In this document: positions 54,693-64,000 of the stretch, in pieces
How positions within the stretch are numbered: position 1 is the stretch's first letter
How the letters are laid out: the number at the start of each line of letters is the position of its first letter
Assembly: GCA_046350755.1 (NCBI GenBank)
Contig: JAXLZV010000001.1
Location: forward strand, 270,855 to 334,854
Direction: 5' to 3'
Origin: Candidatus Saccharimonadota bacterium
GTDB taxonomy: Bacteria > Patescibacteriota > Saccharimonadia > CAILAD01 > GCA-016700035
Length of the DNA stretch: 64,000 bases
Program-made: the position numbers and the translations under genes
Notes under the pieces: model-generated
Databases searched by the model: none
Told to the model about the DNA's origin: nothing
Seen by the model: only the letters and a program-made list of their open reading frames with translations

Positions 54693-54956
54693 ATGAGCAC
54701 CCCAGACTTTGACCCGGAATATGAGATTGAGTGCGATACCGAGGAGGCCATACGGGAACACTTCGGACTCGATGAAGCCGATGGCCAATACGGTCTCACC
54801 GTTTGGTTCGACCCGGAAGCCTATGAGATGATCGTGCATTTCTGCACTATCTTCGGGATCTGCCCGGTTGAGCTGGCTGAATTCGGACTACGTGCCGTCA
54901 TCGAAGCCACGATCGACCCCGAGACCATCGTTACACCGTTCCCGACCAGCAACTAG
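54693..54956 (+). CDS. Small acidic hypothetical protein (87 aa)
   Basis: D/E-rich; followed 8 nt later by a small basic protein. Confidence 0.35.
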   Translation: MSTPDFDPEYEIECDTEEAIREHFGLDEADGQYGLTVWFDPEAYEMIVHFCTIFGICPVELAEFGLRAVIEATIDPETIVTPFPTSN

Positions 54957-54964
54957 GAGCTGTC

Positions 54965-55267
54965 ATGCCACGATCGAACACGGTCCCGCCGGGATACACT
55001 CGAGTCGGTAGTATCGATGCGGTCATACCGCATGCGCTGCGAGCTCGGCTCAAGCCCTACGCCCGCCTGGTTGGTGCCCGCCGAGCCAGCGATTACGTCC
55101 GCTACTGCGTGGTTGTCACCACCAAGTTGCTCCAAGCCAAACGCCGCGGTGCCAAATTGCTCATCATTGAGCAGGATGGCGAGCTCTGGGACTACAGCTT
55201 GGGCACTCGCGAGCTGGGCAACGATACCGAGCGCGCCGCCGAGATCTTCCGCGAATTTGAGTTGTAG
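54965..55267 (+). CDS. Small basic hypothetical protein (100 aa)
   Basis: Arg/Lys-rich; paired with the preceding acidic ORF. Confidence 0.35.
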   Translation: MPRSNTVPPGYTRVGSIDAVIPHALRARLKPYARLVGARRASDYVRYCVVVTTKLLQAKRRGAKLLIIEQDGELWDYSLGTRELGNDTERAAEIFREFEL

Positions 55268-55293
55268 ATTCCTGCCCACTTATGTGGGCATTT

Positions 55294-56340
55294 TTATTGT
55301 AAGATGCCGCCACCTAGCACCAATTGACCATCATAGAGCACCGCGTGCTGCCCAGCGGCTACTCCCCGATGCGCATCACCGATCAATTGCACCCGCCAAA
55401 AATCAGGCTGCACCTGTTCAAGACGACAGGGCAAGAGTTCACCAAGATGACGAATGCGCACCATATATTCATGTCCATCGACTGGCTCATCCCACCAAAC
55501 GCACTGCCCAATGTCGTAGTGATCACGCTTCAACTCATCGGGATTCGTCGTAACGGTCACGGTGTTCGCGGCTAAGTCCTTCGACTTTACATAAAACGGT
55601 TGACCGCCACCAATACCTAAACCATGACGCTGACCGACCGTATACAGCGCCGCGCCATCATGCTGCCCAATTACATTACCATCGACAGTCAATACATCGC
55701 CGGGCTGTAATTCCATAAACTCACCCAGAAAATCCTTGAGCGGTACTTTACCAACGAAACACAGCCCCATGCTCTCTGGCCGACTCGCCGTCGGCAGAGC
55801 AAACTCCTCGGCCAGACGACGAACTGCCGGCTTTTGATAATCTCCCAGCGGGAAAAGCACCTGCCGAGCAGTCTCTGGCGGCATACGGTACAGAAAATAG
55901 GTTTGATCTTTCTTCCGATCCACCGCTTGCGCTAGTCGACCATCGACGAGCTGGGCGTAGTGGCCGGTCGCGACCAGATCGGCTCCATCGGCACGGCACA
56001 CATCATAAAACAGGCGAAACTTAATCTCTTCATTACAGAGGACGTCTGGATTTGGAGTCAACCCTGCCGCGTAGGCTGCGACCATCGTATCGACCACCCG
56101 CTGTTTATACTCAGACTGCAGATCGAAAACTTTTAAGCCAATATCCAGGCGAGCCGCGACGCGCTTGGCGCTGAGCAAGTCCTCCTCCCACGGGCAAACA
56201 TTGCCAGCAATATCGCGGGTCCAATTTTTCATATAGGCACCGACGACATGATAGCCAGCGCGCTGTAAGAGCGCGGCCGTTACGCTCGAATCAACGCCAC
56301 CAGATAAACCGACGTAAACTGTGCTTGGCTCTTTGATCAT
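55294..56340 (-). CDS. mnmA: tRNA-specific 2-thiouridylase MnmA
   Basis: PP-loop VGLSGGVDSSV, catalytic Cys region (LCNEEIKF), and MnmA C-terminal domains. Confidence 0.9.
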   Translation of the reverse strand: MIKEPSTVYVGLSGGVDSSVTAALLQRAGYHVVGAYMKNWTRDIAGNVCPWEEDLLSAKRVAARLDIGLKVFDLQSEYKQRVVDTMVAAYAAGLTPNPDVLCNEEIKFRLFYDVCRADGADLVATGHYAQLVDGRLAQAVDRKKDQTYFLYRMPPETARQVLFPLGDYQKPAVRRLAEEFALPTASRPESMGLCFVGKVPLKDFLGEFMELQPGDVLTVDGNVIGQHDGAALYTVGQRHGLGIGGGQPFYVKSKDLAANTVTVTTNPDELKRDHYDIGQCVWWDEPVDGHEYMVRIRHLGELLPCRLEQVQPDFWRVQLIGDAHRGVAAGQHAVLYDGQLVLGGGILQ

Positions 56341-56404
56341 AGTTGACTATTCTACCAATTTATTTTATTATGCTCAAGTTGTCTGGCTATTGAAAGGTAC
56401 AACG

Positions 56405-56725
56405 ATGTCCAAATATCCTGAACTGGGAAGCCATCTCTGGGACTGTTTCCCGAACGGTGTGGTGTCGCGACGAGCGCATGTGATCACCGGAAGCAGCGCT
56501 GTCTACTCGGCCAGCACGCGTGACGGCGCGATCCTGATTCACTCTTCGGAAGCCGAGCGGCCCATCGCTGTCTATGCGAGTGATGACGCACATCACCAGG
56601 CCATCGGCCGGCGCAATATCGCCGAATTGATTGCCATCACCGTTGAGGTTCCCCTGAGCCACGTGCGCCCCCACACTCACTGCCTGGCGTCACCCCGTCA
56701 GACCGACTCATTCGTCGCCATCTAA
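56405..56725 (+). CDS. Hypothetical protein (106 aa), GC-rich
   Basis: Starts at the internal ATG at 56405 (MSKYPELG...); no motif. Confidence 0.3.
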   Translation: MSKYPELGSHLWDCFPNGVVSRRAHVITGSSAVYSASTRDGAILIHSSEAERPIAVYASDDAHHQAIGRRNIAELIAITVEVPLSHVRPHTHCLASPRQTDSFVAI

Positions 56726-57249
56726 CCGCCAGTTGAACAACTCTCCTCCACCATCACAGATGGTGGAGTTTTTCATTACGGATCAGTAAAAATTTGAGAC
56801 CCCGGACAGAGCGTGAGCTCCGTCCGGGGTCTATCCCCAGAAGCGCCGAGGCGCATATGTGAGCTTGCAGGGGGATGCAAGCACAGCGATTTTTTTGGGT
56901 AGTCGAGATTCATGGCTGAATAGAGGGTTGAGTCCCACTCGACCACCCGCGCCGGTGCAGAAGCAACAGCGAAGATGAGATAGCCAGGCGGAGGGAAGGG
57001 AAGGGTCCTCTTTAGCACCTTTGATGGCACCAGAGGCACCTGGCTATCTCAACAATGGCCCACCGAAAAGGCGGGTACGATCACGACAAGTCCGGGGGAA
57101 ACACCCCGCGCGAGTGAGTCCACACCCGGACTTGTCATGCTGGAAGCTCTATGACGGTACCCCCGTATTCCGTCAAGCTCCAAGATCAAAGAACGTGCCT
57201 GATAGGCAATAGCCGGAATCATACGCCGCTATGATCTTTCTGTCAAGGG

Positions 57250-57867
57250 TTATTGCAAGTTACCGGTGGCGTAAATATAGCCAACCTTGCCGAGCTCAGA
57301 TAGCGTAATCCAGATGCCAAATGGTGTCGCCCACCAAGCCGATTTACTCCAGCGACTATCGAAACTCGATTCGTTGATAAATGCATAACCATCACCATAG
57401 ACCTTTTCAAAAGTCACTAAGGTTCGGCGCTGATGATAGGGTGAAGTTACCAGATAAATTTGCTTGGCTCCCAACTTATCAATGATTGATTTAGTATTCG
57501 TCGCATTCTGATAGGTAGTTTTGGCTTCTTCGTCAGTGATAATATCGCGCTCCGGTACGCCGGATCGGCGAGCTTCGGCCGCCATCTCGCGAGCGTTACT
57601 CGGGCCATCATCCAGCGATGCTCCAGAAAATATCAATTTTGGCGCCAGGCCCTGCTTATACAGCTCAATGCCACGCCTTGCTCGCGATAGAGTCTGGCCG
57701 CCAGAAACCACAATAATTGCATCGGCTGAGGTAAGTTTATCTTGCGGTGAAAGATAGTATGCCGCCCCGAAAATCGCTCCAAAAAATAGCATGATCGCCA
57801 ACCCAACAAAAAGGAAGAAGTTGCGAATTGGATGCGGCCGTTTGCTGTGATGACGATCAGTGCTCAT
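57250..57867 (-). CDS. DUF218 / YdcF (SanA/ElyC)-family membrane-anchored protein
   Basis: N-terminal TM; DAIIVVSGG...KLIFSG...YLVTSPYHQRR are the typical DUF218 blocks. Confidence 0.6.
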   Translation of the reverse strand: MSTDRHHSKRPHPIRNFFLFVGLAIMLFFGAIFGAAYYLSPQDKLTSADAIIVVSGGQTLSRARRGIELYKQGLAPKLIFSGASLDDGPSNAREMAAEARRSGVPERDIITDEEAKTTYQNATNTKSIIDKLGAKQIYLVTSPYHQRRTLVTFEKVYGDGYAFINESSFDSRWSKSAWWATPFGIWITLSELGKVGYIYATGNLQ

Positions 57868-59021
57868 GCAACAATTATCGCACGCAGCGCAAGTGCCAAG
57901 GCTCGAATGTCGGCTGTCGTCGTGTCGCGCCCGAGCGAGATACGCAAACTCCCCTGCGCCTCTTCGGCAGATCGACCAATCCCGAGTAAAACATGGCTTG
58001 GTGCCCGGCTTGATTCAGCACAGGCAGCCCCAGTGGCAACGGCGAAACCTTGAGCATCAAGCTTCAACATTAGCTCCTCACCATCACGGTCGGCAAACGA
58101 AATGTTCAGAACATTGGCTAGCCGCTTGGTCGGATGGCCGTTCAAAAGAATACCTGGAAGATCCTTGAGCTGATCCCATAATGCTTGGCGCAGCGCCACC
58201 AGGCGCTTGTGTTCATCGCGACGCATAGCTTCCGCTTTTGTCAGCGCCGCGGCAAAACCAACAATAGCCGGGAGGTTCGGTGTCCCCGCTCGCAGGCTCG
58301 ACTCTTGACCGCCGCCAATGACGAGGGGCGTAAGTGGAGTACCACTAGCAACGTAGAGCGCCGCCGCACCATGCGGACCATAAATTTTTGCACTCGATAA
58401 CGTCATCAGGTCAACCCCTAATCGATCAACCGATAACGGCAACAGACCAGCACAAGCCGAAGCGTCAGTATGAAAAATAATTGGTGTCGCCTGACCACGA
58501 CGAGCCCGATCGCCACGTACAGCGCGTACCAGTTTTCCAATCTCGCCAATCGGCTGGAGGGTGCCAATCTCACTCGTAGCCATCGCAATTGAAATCAGTA
58601 TCGTATTGTCATTCAACTTATTTTTCAAAGCCGCCATATCCACCAAACCATGTTGATTGATCTCAAGATCAACCACGTCGTAGCCACTGGCCCGCGCGAC
58701 GTTCGTGCACGCCCGCACTGCGGCATGCTCAGTGGACACGGTCAGGATGCGTGCCCCCGACCGACCAGCTGCCGTGATGGCTCCAAGTAAAGCCAGATTA
58801 TTCGCCTCGGTCGCAGTGCTTGTAAAAACAATTTCCCGTTCGCGCGCGCCGAGTACCTTTGCCACCTGCTTCCGAGCCACCGTGAGTCGATCTCGCGCCG
58901 CCTGACCTTCGGTATGGAGGCTGGAGGGATTTGCAAACATCGTCTCAGCTTGGTGCATTACCATTGCGGCTTCTTTATCAAGCGGTGTAGCAGCGGCATA
59001 ATCAAAATAATAGCGTTTCAT
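57864..59021 (-). CDS. Cysteine desulfurase (class-V aminotransferase, NifS/IscS-like)
   Basis: MKRYYFDYAAATP N-terminus, PLP-binding Lys region, C-terminal active-site Cys region (ATGAACAESS). Lies between tatD and the DUF218 gene; mnmA, its usual sulfur acceptor, is nearby. Confidence 0.8.
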   Translation of the reverse strand: MKRYYFDYAAATPLDKEAAMVMHQAETMFANPSSLHTEGQAARDRLTVARKQVAKVLGAREREIVFTSTATEANNLALLGAITAAGRSGARILTVSTEHAAVRACTNVARASGYDVVDLEINQHGLVDMAALKNKLNDNTILISIAMATSEIGTLQPIGEIGKLVRAVRGDRARRGQATPIIFHTDASACAGLLPLSVDRLGVDLMTLSSAKIYGPHGAAALYVASGTPLTPLVIGGGQESSLRAGTPNLPAIVGFAAALTKAEAMRRDEHKRLVALRQALWDQLKDLPGILLNGHPTKRLANVLNISFADRDGEELMLKLDAQGFAVATGAACAESSRAPSHVLLGIGRSAEEAQGSLRISLGRDTTTADIRALALALRAIIVA

Positions 59022-59022
59022 A

Positions 59023-59805
59023 TTAGCTCGCAAGCCCAAATAAACTTTGCGCGTTCAGATCCGTCTGGCGAGCCAGTTCAGCGACTTCAACCCCACGTAG
59101 AATCGCCAAAAATTCAGCAATAGCAGGCACGTAAGCGGGTTCATTGCGTTGACCGCGGTACGGCACCGGTGCCAGATACGGGCAATCAGTCTCCAACAGC
59201 AGCCGATCAGCCGGTAGTATGCGTGCCGCCGTCAGCTGATCATCATCCTTCGTGAAGGTCATGATGCCATTCAGCCCAAAATACAGCTGGCTATCGTGCT
59301 CTAAGGCAAGATCAACCTCGGCTGAATGACCTGTGAAGCTATGAATCACGCCTCGAGCCTGCGGATAATCTCGTAGTACTGCAAAAAAATCATCCCAGGC
59401 GTCCCGAACATGAAAGACCAGTGGCAAATTATGCTCGATAGCAATTTCGATCTGTGCGCGTAAGGCTCGATCTTGTTCGTTCTTTGTGGCGTGATTGCGG
59501 TAATAATCAAGTCCACACTCGCCAATCGCGATGACGTCTTCGGCTAAATCATGGATCGCATCCAGAGCCCCATCGCCACGGGCCGCCTCGTGCGGATGTA
59601 AGCCAGCCGTCGCAAACAGGCGCACGCCAGTTTTGCTAACTGCGTGATCGGAGTGGGCGACAAATTTCAGTGCCCGCTGGCTATCTTCTGGCGTCACCCC
59701 CACATTAATAATTGTGTCTACTCCAGCCTCGTGCGCCCTGACGAGTGCCGCCTCAGCGTCCTCAAAGGCATCGACAAAATGCAGATGAGCGTGGGTATCG
59801 ATCAC
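59023..59805 (-). CDS. tatD: TatD-family metal-dependent deoxyribonuclease
   Basis: MIDTHAHLHF plus conserved His/Glu/Asp metal ligands of the TatD TIM barrel. Confidence 0.85.
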   Translation of the reverse strand: MIDTHAHLHFVDAFEDAEAALVRAHEAGVDTIINVGVTPEDSQRALKFVAHSDHAVSKTGVRLFATAGLHPHEAARGDGALDAIHDLAEDVIAIGECGLDYYRNHATKNEQDRALRAQIEIAIEHNLPLVFHVRDAWDDFFAVLRDYPQARGVIHSFTGHSAEVDLALEHDSQLYFGLNGIMTFTKDDDQLTAARILPADRLLLETDCPYLAPVPYRGQRNEPAYVPAIAEFLAILRGVEVAELARQTDLNAQSLFGLAS

Positions 59806-59808
59806 GGC

Positions 59809-61263
59809 CTAATCCGCTAACTCTACTCGCGGGAAAAGCATGCCGACCGAGCTATCAACTTTACCACTCGCGAAAGTTTGCTGAATCTTTTCTGCGGTTT
59901 GCGGCAAGAATGGCCCAAGCTGCATGCCTATCTTCATAATCTCATGCGTCCATTGAGTGAGTAATTTTGCCACCGCAGCCGGATCCGTCTTGGCTACTTG
60001 CCACGGTTGCTCGCGCTCGATCGACTCGTTCAAGTCATCCAATTTTTCCCATAACTGCTTGAGTACGAGATCAAAGGCTGCATCTTTCAGCGCGTCGTTC
60101 TGACTCGACAAAACTGACTTGACGCTCTCGCACTCGCCAGCACAATATTTTATAGTCATGCTAGCCACCCGCTGCACGAGATTACCAAGATTATTGACGA
60201 GATCAGCTGTGTAGACGTCGTGAAAACGCTCGACGCCAAACTCACCATCACCATCGTGCGGGATGTAGCGCAAGAGGTAATAACGCAATGCATCAACGCC
60301 ATACCGATCAAGGATCTGCTGTGGTTCGACTGAATTACCCAGGCTCTTGCTCATCTTGACCCCACCCGGAGCATTGATAAACCCGTGCACGTAGAGAGCT
60401 TTTGGTGTGGCTACTCCAGCGCTCATCAGCATAATCGGCCAGTAGACTGAATGAAAACGGTTGATGTCTTTGCCGACAATATGAAGATCAGCCGGCCACC
60501 ACTTCGAAAAGTCTGGATCGTCGGGATAGCCAACGCTGGTGATGTAGTTTGCCAGTGCATCGAACCATACATACATCACGTGACTTGAGTCGCCCGGGAC
60601 TTCAACTCCCCACGCCAGCTGCGACTTTGGTCGAGATATCGACAAATCCTCGAGCTGATGATTCTTGAGAAAACTCAGAATCTCGTTCTTCCGCAGAGCT
60701 GGAAACAGTCGGTAGTCGTCGTTTTCGATCAGTTGTATAAGGCGCTGCTGGTAGGGAGCGAGCTTGAGAAAATAGCTTTCGATCGTTAAGTCTTCGAGCG
60801 GGCGATTATGATGGACGGGGCAATTACCATCAACTGCATCTTTCGGAGTATAAAAAAGCTCACAGGCCACACAGTATAACCCAGTGTAACTGCCTTTATA
60901 GATATCGTGTGCGCAAGCCTGCCAGAGTTTTTGGGCGCCTGATTTATGGCCTTCATCAGTGGTGCGGATAAAAACGTCATAGTCGATATTCAACTGCTTG
61001 GCGAGCTGAACAAAAGACTCACTCATCTCGTTGACAAAGTTGAGTGGCTCGATGCCTGCCGCTTCGGCAGCTTCGAATAATTTTTGACCATGTTCGTCGG
61101 TGCCGATCTGAAACTTGACCTCCACCCCCCGCTGTCGTCGCCAGCGGGCTAGCGTATCGGCCTGAATAAATTCCATGGCATGACCAAGATGCGGCTTCGC
61201 ATTGGCATACGGAATCGAAGTCGTTAGATAAAACTTATTTTCGGGCTGATTGTTGAGTGTCAT
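59809..61263 (-). CDS. metG: Methionyl-tRNA synthetase (compact form)
   Basis: FYLTTSIPYANAKPHLGHA (HIGH region), KMSKS (VKMSKSLGN), Cys knuckle. Start at the ATG at 61263 (MTLNNQPENKFYL). Confidence 0.9.
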   Translation of the reverse strand: MTLNNQPENKFYLTTSIPYANAKPHLGHAMEFIQADTLARWRRQRGVEVKFQIGTDEHGQKLFEAAEAAGIEPLNFVNEMSESFVQLAKQLNIDYDVFIRTTDEGHKSGAQKLWQACAHDIYKGSYTGLYCVACELFYTPKDAVDGNCPVHHNRPLEDLTIESYFLKLAPYQQRLIQLIENDDYRLFPALRKNEILSFLKNHQLEDLSISRPKSQLAWGVEVPGDSSHVMYVWFDALANYITSVGYPDDPDFSKWWPADLHIVGKDINRFHSVYWPIMLMSAGVATPKALYVHGFINAPGGVKMSKSLGNSVEPQQILDRYGVDALRYYLLRYIPHDGDGEFGVERFHDVYTADLVNNLGNLVQRVASMTIKYCAGECESVKSVLSSQNDALKDAAFDLVLKQLWEKLDDLNESIEREQPWQVAKTDPAAVAKLLTQWTHEIMKIGMQLGPFLPQTAEKIQQTFASGKVDSSVGMLFPRVELAD

Positions 61264-63271
61264 GAGGTGGCTTTCGCTTTCGGGCTTTGGCGGGTGGTGA
61301 TTCGAGCTCGGCGGTCTGCGGGGCAACGGCGATGGCCGATCCCTGGGGGATTTCCGGAATCGTCCGGGTTGATTGCTTGAGCTCCCGCTCGTGTCGTTTC
61401 TTGAGCCACAATTCTAGCAGAACCAGAGCAATTATTCCAGATAGGACAATCAGGATCACAAAGAACGGCCACCATTGCGGCGCGGCGGTAGCGGCTGCCA
61501 GCACAAGCTGCGCATCATCGCCGCTAGTCTGCACAAAGACTAGTTCGGCATTAGCGGCATAACTGGCACCGGGCTGCACGATGCTTTTGGAGAATTTCTG
61601 ACGGGGGGCCAGCGAGCCGACAGCATAACTATCATTGCGACTTCCCTGCTTAATTTGTGCTGTGTAGTTATCTCCCGCCACATTCTCTGGTGCCTGTACT
61701 TCGTACTTGATCAAGGTAACCCCCGGAAAGAGGACATACTTCTGGATCTTGGCCTGGCCGGTTGTAGCAGCCGTTGGGAAATCGGCCGCATAGGTAATCT
61801 TGGTGTTCTCATACTGATAGTTTTCATCTCGCATGCCCGTCATGACGGCTGCCGGTGCGGAATCATTTTGTCCCCAGACTGCGAAAGTAAAATGATCGAG
61901 ATCACTCTTGCCGAAGTTATCAAACTTCTCGCCCCAAGTCGGGTCGAGATTCATCCAACCAATCCCCGGCACATAAGCTTCGACCCAGCTGTGCAGAGAA
62001 TCAGATACTTCTTTTGATTGTTTGAGATTACCCGCATAGGCATAACCGACCGGCATCCGTGCAGGAATACCCTGGCTCCGCAAGAGAGCAATCATCAGAT
62101 CGGAATATTCGAGGCAAACAGCATTATCGGGATTAAGCAAAGCCTTCGTACTACCCTGGCGAATGTTGTACTGAATCTTTGCATTATTATAGGTAAGTGT
62201 GTCGATGGTCAGCTTTTGGAGATTTCGGACCTTATCAATTACCGTCTCAGTGCCAGCCGTAGCCTGTTTGGCCTTGACCTGCAAATCTGGATTAGTCGTC
62301 TGCCAATAGCGAGTTGCACCAGTGTAGGCATCCTTAAGACTCTTTGGGATATCCTTGATGGTACCGCTTTTTGTCAGGTCATATTCGGCATATTTCACAC
62401 TGGCTGAGATGTCTGTCTTGACGATAATTTTCGTCCGGGCCGGTACTGAGTAATCAGCCAATATATTGCCATCGGCGTCGAGACGGGTGGCGATGGGTGC
62501 CGGATCAAGCGATTTGATAAATACTTTCTGAGTGCTCGTGTCGGGCGGTAGCGTTACCGTCATCGTTTTCGTCTGACCACTATCATTGGTAAGCGGATAA
62601 TTAAAGTCCACATTATAAACGGTCGAATCTCCAAAAATCAGCGTGGTCGAGCGCTGCAGCTCAGCCGGCTTCATAAAGCTGTAACGGATATTTGACCCAT
62701 CAGCACCATTGAGCTCCGGCGCCACCCCACTGGCATACATCTTGCCGAAGCCCTGCGGTACGGACACGTTTACTGTGTAGGTCTCATCGTTGCCGATCTC
62801 TGCAAGATTTGGTACATAGAACGCTTTACTCGGACCCTTAATATCCATCAGCTCGCTCGTGTCGTAGCTGACGGTGAAATTTAGAACCGCCCCACGACCA
62901 CCAGTCCCACTGTCAAAATCAACGGTAATCTCAGTATACGGATACGAGTAGCCAAGTGACTGACTCGTCTTTTCGGCAGTCGTCGTCTTAGTCGGACGAC
63001 CATCAGCATAGCTCACCTTTAAATTCTTGACGTCATTAGTAGGCGTCGAAATCTTGATCAAATCAAGAATTTTATCCGGTCGGTTATAGGTGACCTTATA
63101 ATTTGAAATAACCTTCGTATTGCCATTCGGATCAAGCTTGTAGGTTAGATCGATATTATAGCTAAAGTCTTCGGCCGCCTTGCCAGGGCGAGCACCGCCC
63201 ACATACGCCGCAAACACCAGCCAAATGAGCATGACCGTAATAACTCTTACGCGACGCCACGAAAAATGCAT
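61235..63271 (-). CDS. Large exported protein with a transglutaminase-like (papain-fold) core and a C-terminal TM anchor
   Basis: AVCLEYSDLMIALLRSQGIPARMPVGYAY matches the transglutaminase-like core (Cys nucleophile, then LR..GIPAR.V.GY). N-terminal signal; C-terminal TM plus basic tail. Confidence 0.6.
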   Translation of the reverse strand: MHFSWRRVRVITVMLIWLVFAAYVGGARPGKAAEDFSYNIDLTYKLDPNGNTKVISNYKVTYNRPDKILDLIKISTPTNDVKNLKVSYADGRPTKTTTAEKTSQSLGYSYPYTEITVDFDSGTGGRGAVLNFTVSYDTSELMDIKGPSKAFYVPNLAEIGNDETYTVNVSVPQGFGKMYASGVAPELNGADGSNIRYSFMKPAELQRSTTLIFGDSTVYNVDFNYPLTNDSGQTKTMTVTLPPDTSTQKVFIKSLDPAPIATRLDADGNILADYSVPARTKIIVKTDISASVKYAEYDLTKSGTIKDIPKSLKDAYTGATRYWQTTNPDLQVKAKQATAGTETVIDKVRNLQKLTIDTLTYNNAKIQYNIRQGSTKALLNPDNAVCLEYSDLMIALLRSQGIPARMPVGYAYAGNLKQSKEVSDSLHSWVEAYVPGIGWMNLDPTWGEKFDNFGKSDLDHFTFAVWGQNDSAPAAVMTGMRDENYQYENTKITYAADFPTAATTGQAKIQKYVLFPGVTLIKYEVQAPENVAGDNYTAQIKQGSRNDSYAVGSLAPRQKFSKSIVQPGASYAANAELVFVQTSGDDAQLVLAAATAAPQWWPFFVILIVLSGIIALVLLELWLKKRHERELKQSTRTIPEIPQGSAIAVAPQTAELESPPAKARKRKPPHDTQQSARK

Positions 63272-63392
63272 ATACTTTTATGATAGCATAGCCGCTATCT
63301 GTCGGACAGAAGGAAAAAGCCAAGAGCTTCAACACACTTAGCTCGGTGCATGAGTCCAGAAATTACAGTCATCGGCCGCCCCTCACAGTGGG

Positions 63393-64000
63393 CTAAATGC
63401 CGAGCGCGTCATAAATACGTTTCCAATCCTCCATCGACAACTCTTGAGCGCGTACAGTAGCCGACAAGCTGAGCTTAAGTAAGGTTGACTCGATCTCACT
63501 GGGCGAAACATGGAGGCCAGCACCGAGCGTATTCTTTAGCTGCTTGCGTTTCTGGGCGAAGCCAAACTTCACCAGCCGCATGAAGCGTTTCTCATCCACA
63601 TCCAGCGTCAGGCTCTCCACCAGATCGACATGGACAACCGCCGAATCAACCTTCGGTGCTGGATAAAAGCTCTCGGGCGGCACGATACGAGCGATCTGCG
63701 GCACACCATGCAGCTGCACCGCAACTGACAGTACACTCATCTGCCCGGGTGTCGCGCACATCCGCTCGGCTACCTCTTTTTGCACCAAGAGTGTCAGAGA
63801 TGTTGGAGCTGATGGGGAAGTAATCAGCCGCCGAATCAGCGCGCCCGTAATAGAGTAGGGGATGTTCGCCACAACTTTGTAGGGGAGAGTCCCCCGCGGG
63901 GGGAGTGGCAAGCTGAGCGCGTCGCCTTTTTCAACGTGGAGGTTTGGCAAACCCTGTGATTCTATTAAAGCTGCCAGGGTTGGATCCAGTTCGTAGACGA
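63393..64000 (-). CDS. ksgA: 16S rRNA (adenine1518/1519-N6)-dimethyltransferase KsgA/RsmA, C-terminal portion (N-terminus beyond the right edge)
   Basis: KVVANIPYSITGALI (NxPY motif context) and the RsmA C-terminal helical domain; the ORF continues past 64000. Confidence 0.75.
   Translation of the reverse strand, partial: VYELDPTLAALIESQGLPNLHVEKGDALSLPLPPRGTLPYKVVANIPYSITGALIRRLITSPSAPTSLTLLVQKEVAERMCATPGQMSVLSVAVQLHGVPQIARIVPPESFYPAPKVDSAVVHVDLVESLTLDVDEKRFMRLVKFGFAQKRKQLKNTLGAGLHVSPSEIESTLLKLSLSATVRAQELSMEDWKRIYDALGI

Overview
The window is a gene-dense bacterial chromosomal segment of roughly 50-52% GC, judged by eye. Most genes lie on the minus strand, often as 1-4 nt start/stop overlaps. 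The housekeeping content is: tatA-tatC, queA-trmD, a KH-domain protein plus rpsP, a short SMC, rnc, a NUDIX hydrolase, nusB, rpmF, leuS, ddl-murF, obg, ruvX, mltG, an ftsA-like gene, a short alaS, mnmA, a cysteine desulfurase, tatD, metG, the 3' part of ksgA (truncated at the right edge), and tRNA-Gln(CUG) and tRNA-Ala(GGC). Together with the compact AlaS and SMC, low-complexity tails on ribosomal and other proteins, absence of rimM, and LysM-CHAP and MltG wall hydrolases, this suggests a reduced-genome bacterium, plausibly a Patescibacteria/Saccharibacteria-like epibiont. I cannot verify that without searches.

The main accessory features are:
- A putative ~4.6 kb copper-resistance island (csoR, a CPH-type P1B ATPase, DUF305, and duplicated HTH genes) next to tRNA-Ala, bounded by an imperfect ~69-bp direct repeat that contains the tRNA 3' end plus its terminator hairpin. 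No integrase is present.
- Two tandem virginiamycin-B-lyase-like beta-propeller surface proteins with sortase-type sorting signals and exact intragenic DNA repeats.
- A phage-tail-fibre-like three-gene operon running off the left edge, next to a Crp/Fnr regulator.
- A loose cluster of lipid-remodelling enzymes (GDSL hydrolase, PlsC-like acyltransferase, GHSQG alpha/beta hydrolase, acyl desaturase, CDP-alcohol phosphatidyltransferase).
- A ddl-murF operon extended by a C39-like cysteine peptidase and a large secreted protein.
- Several small ORFs and patches that look much higher in GC than the core genes, suggesting horizontally acquired DNA.

No CRISPR array, rRNA or recognisable transposase/integrase was seen.
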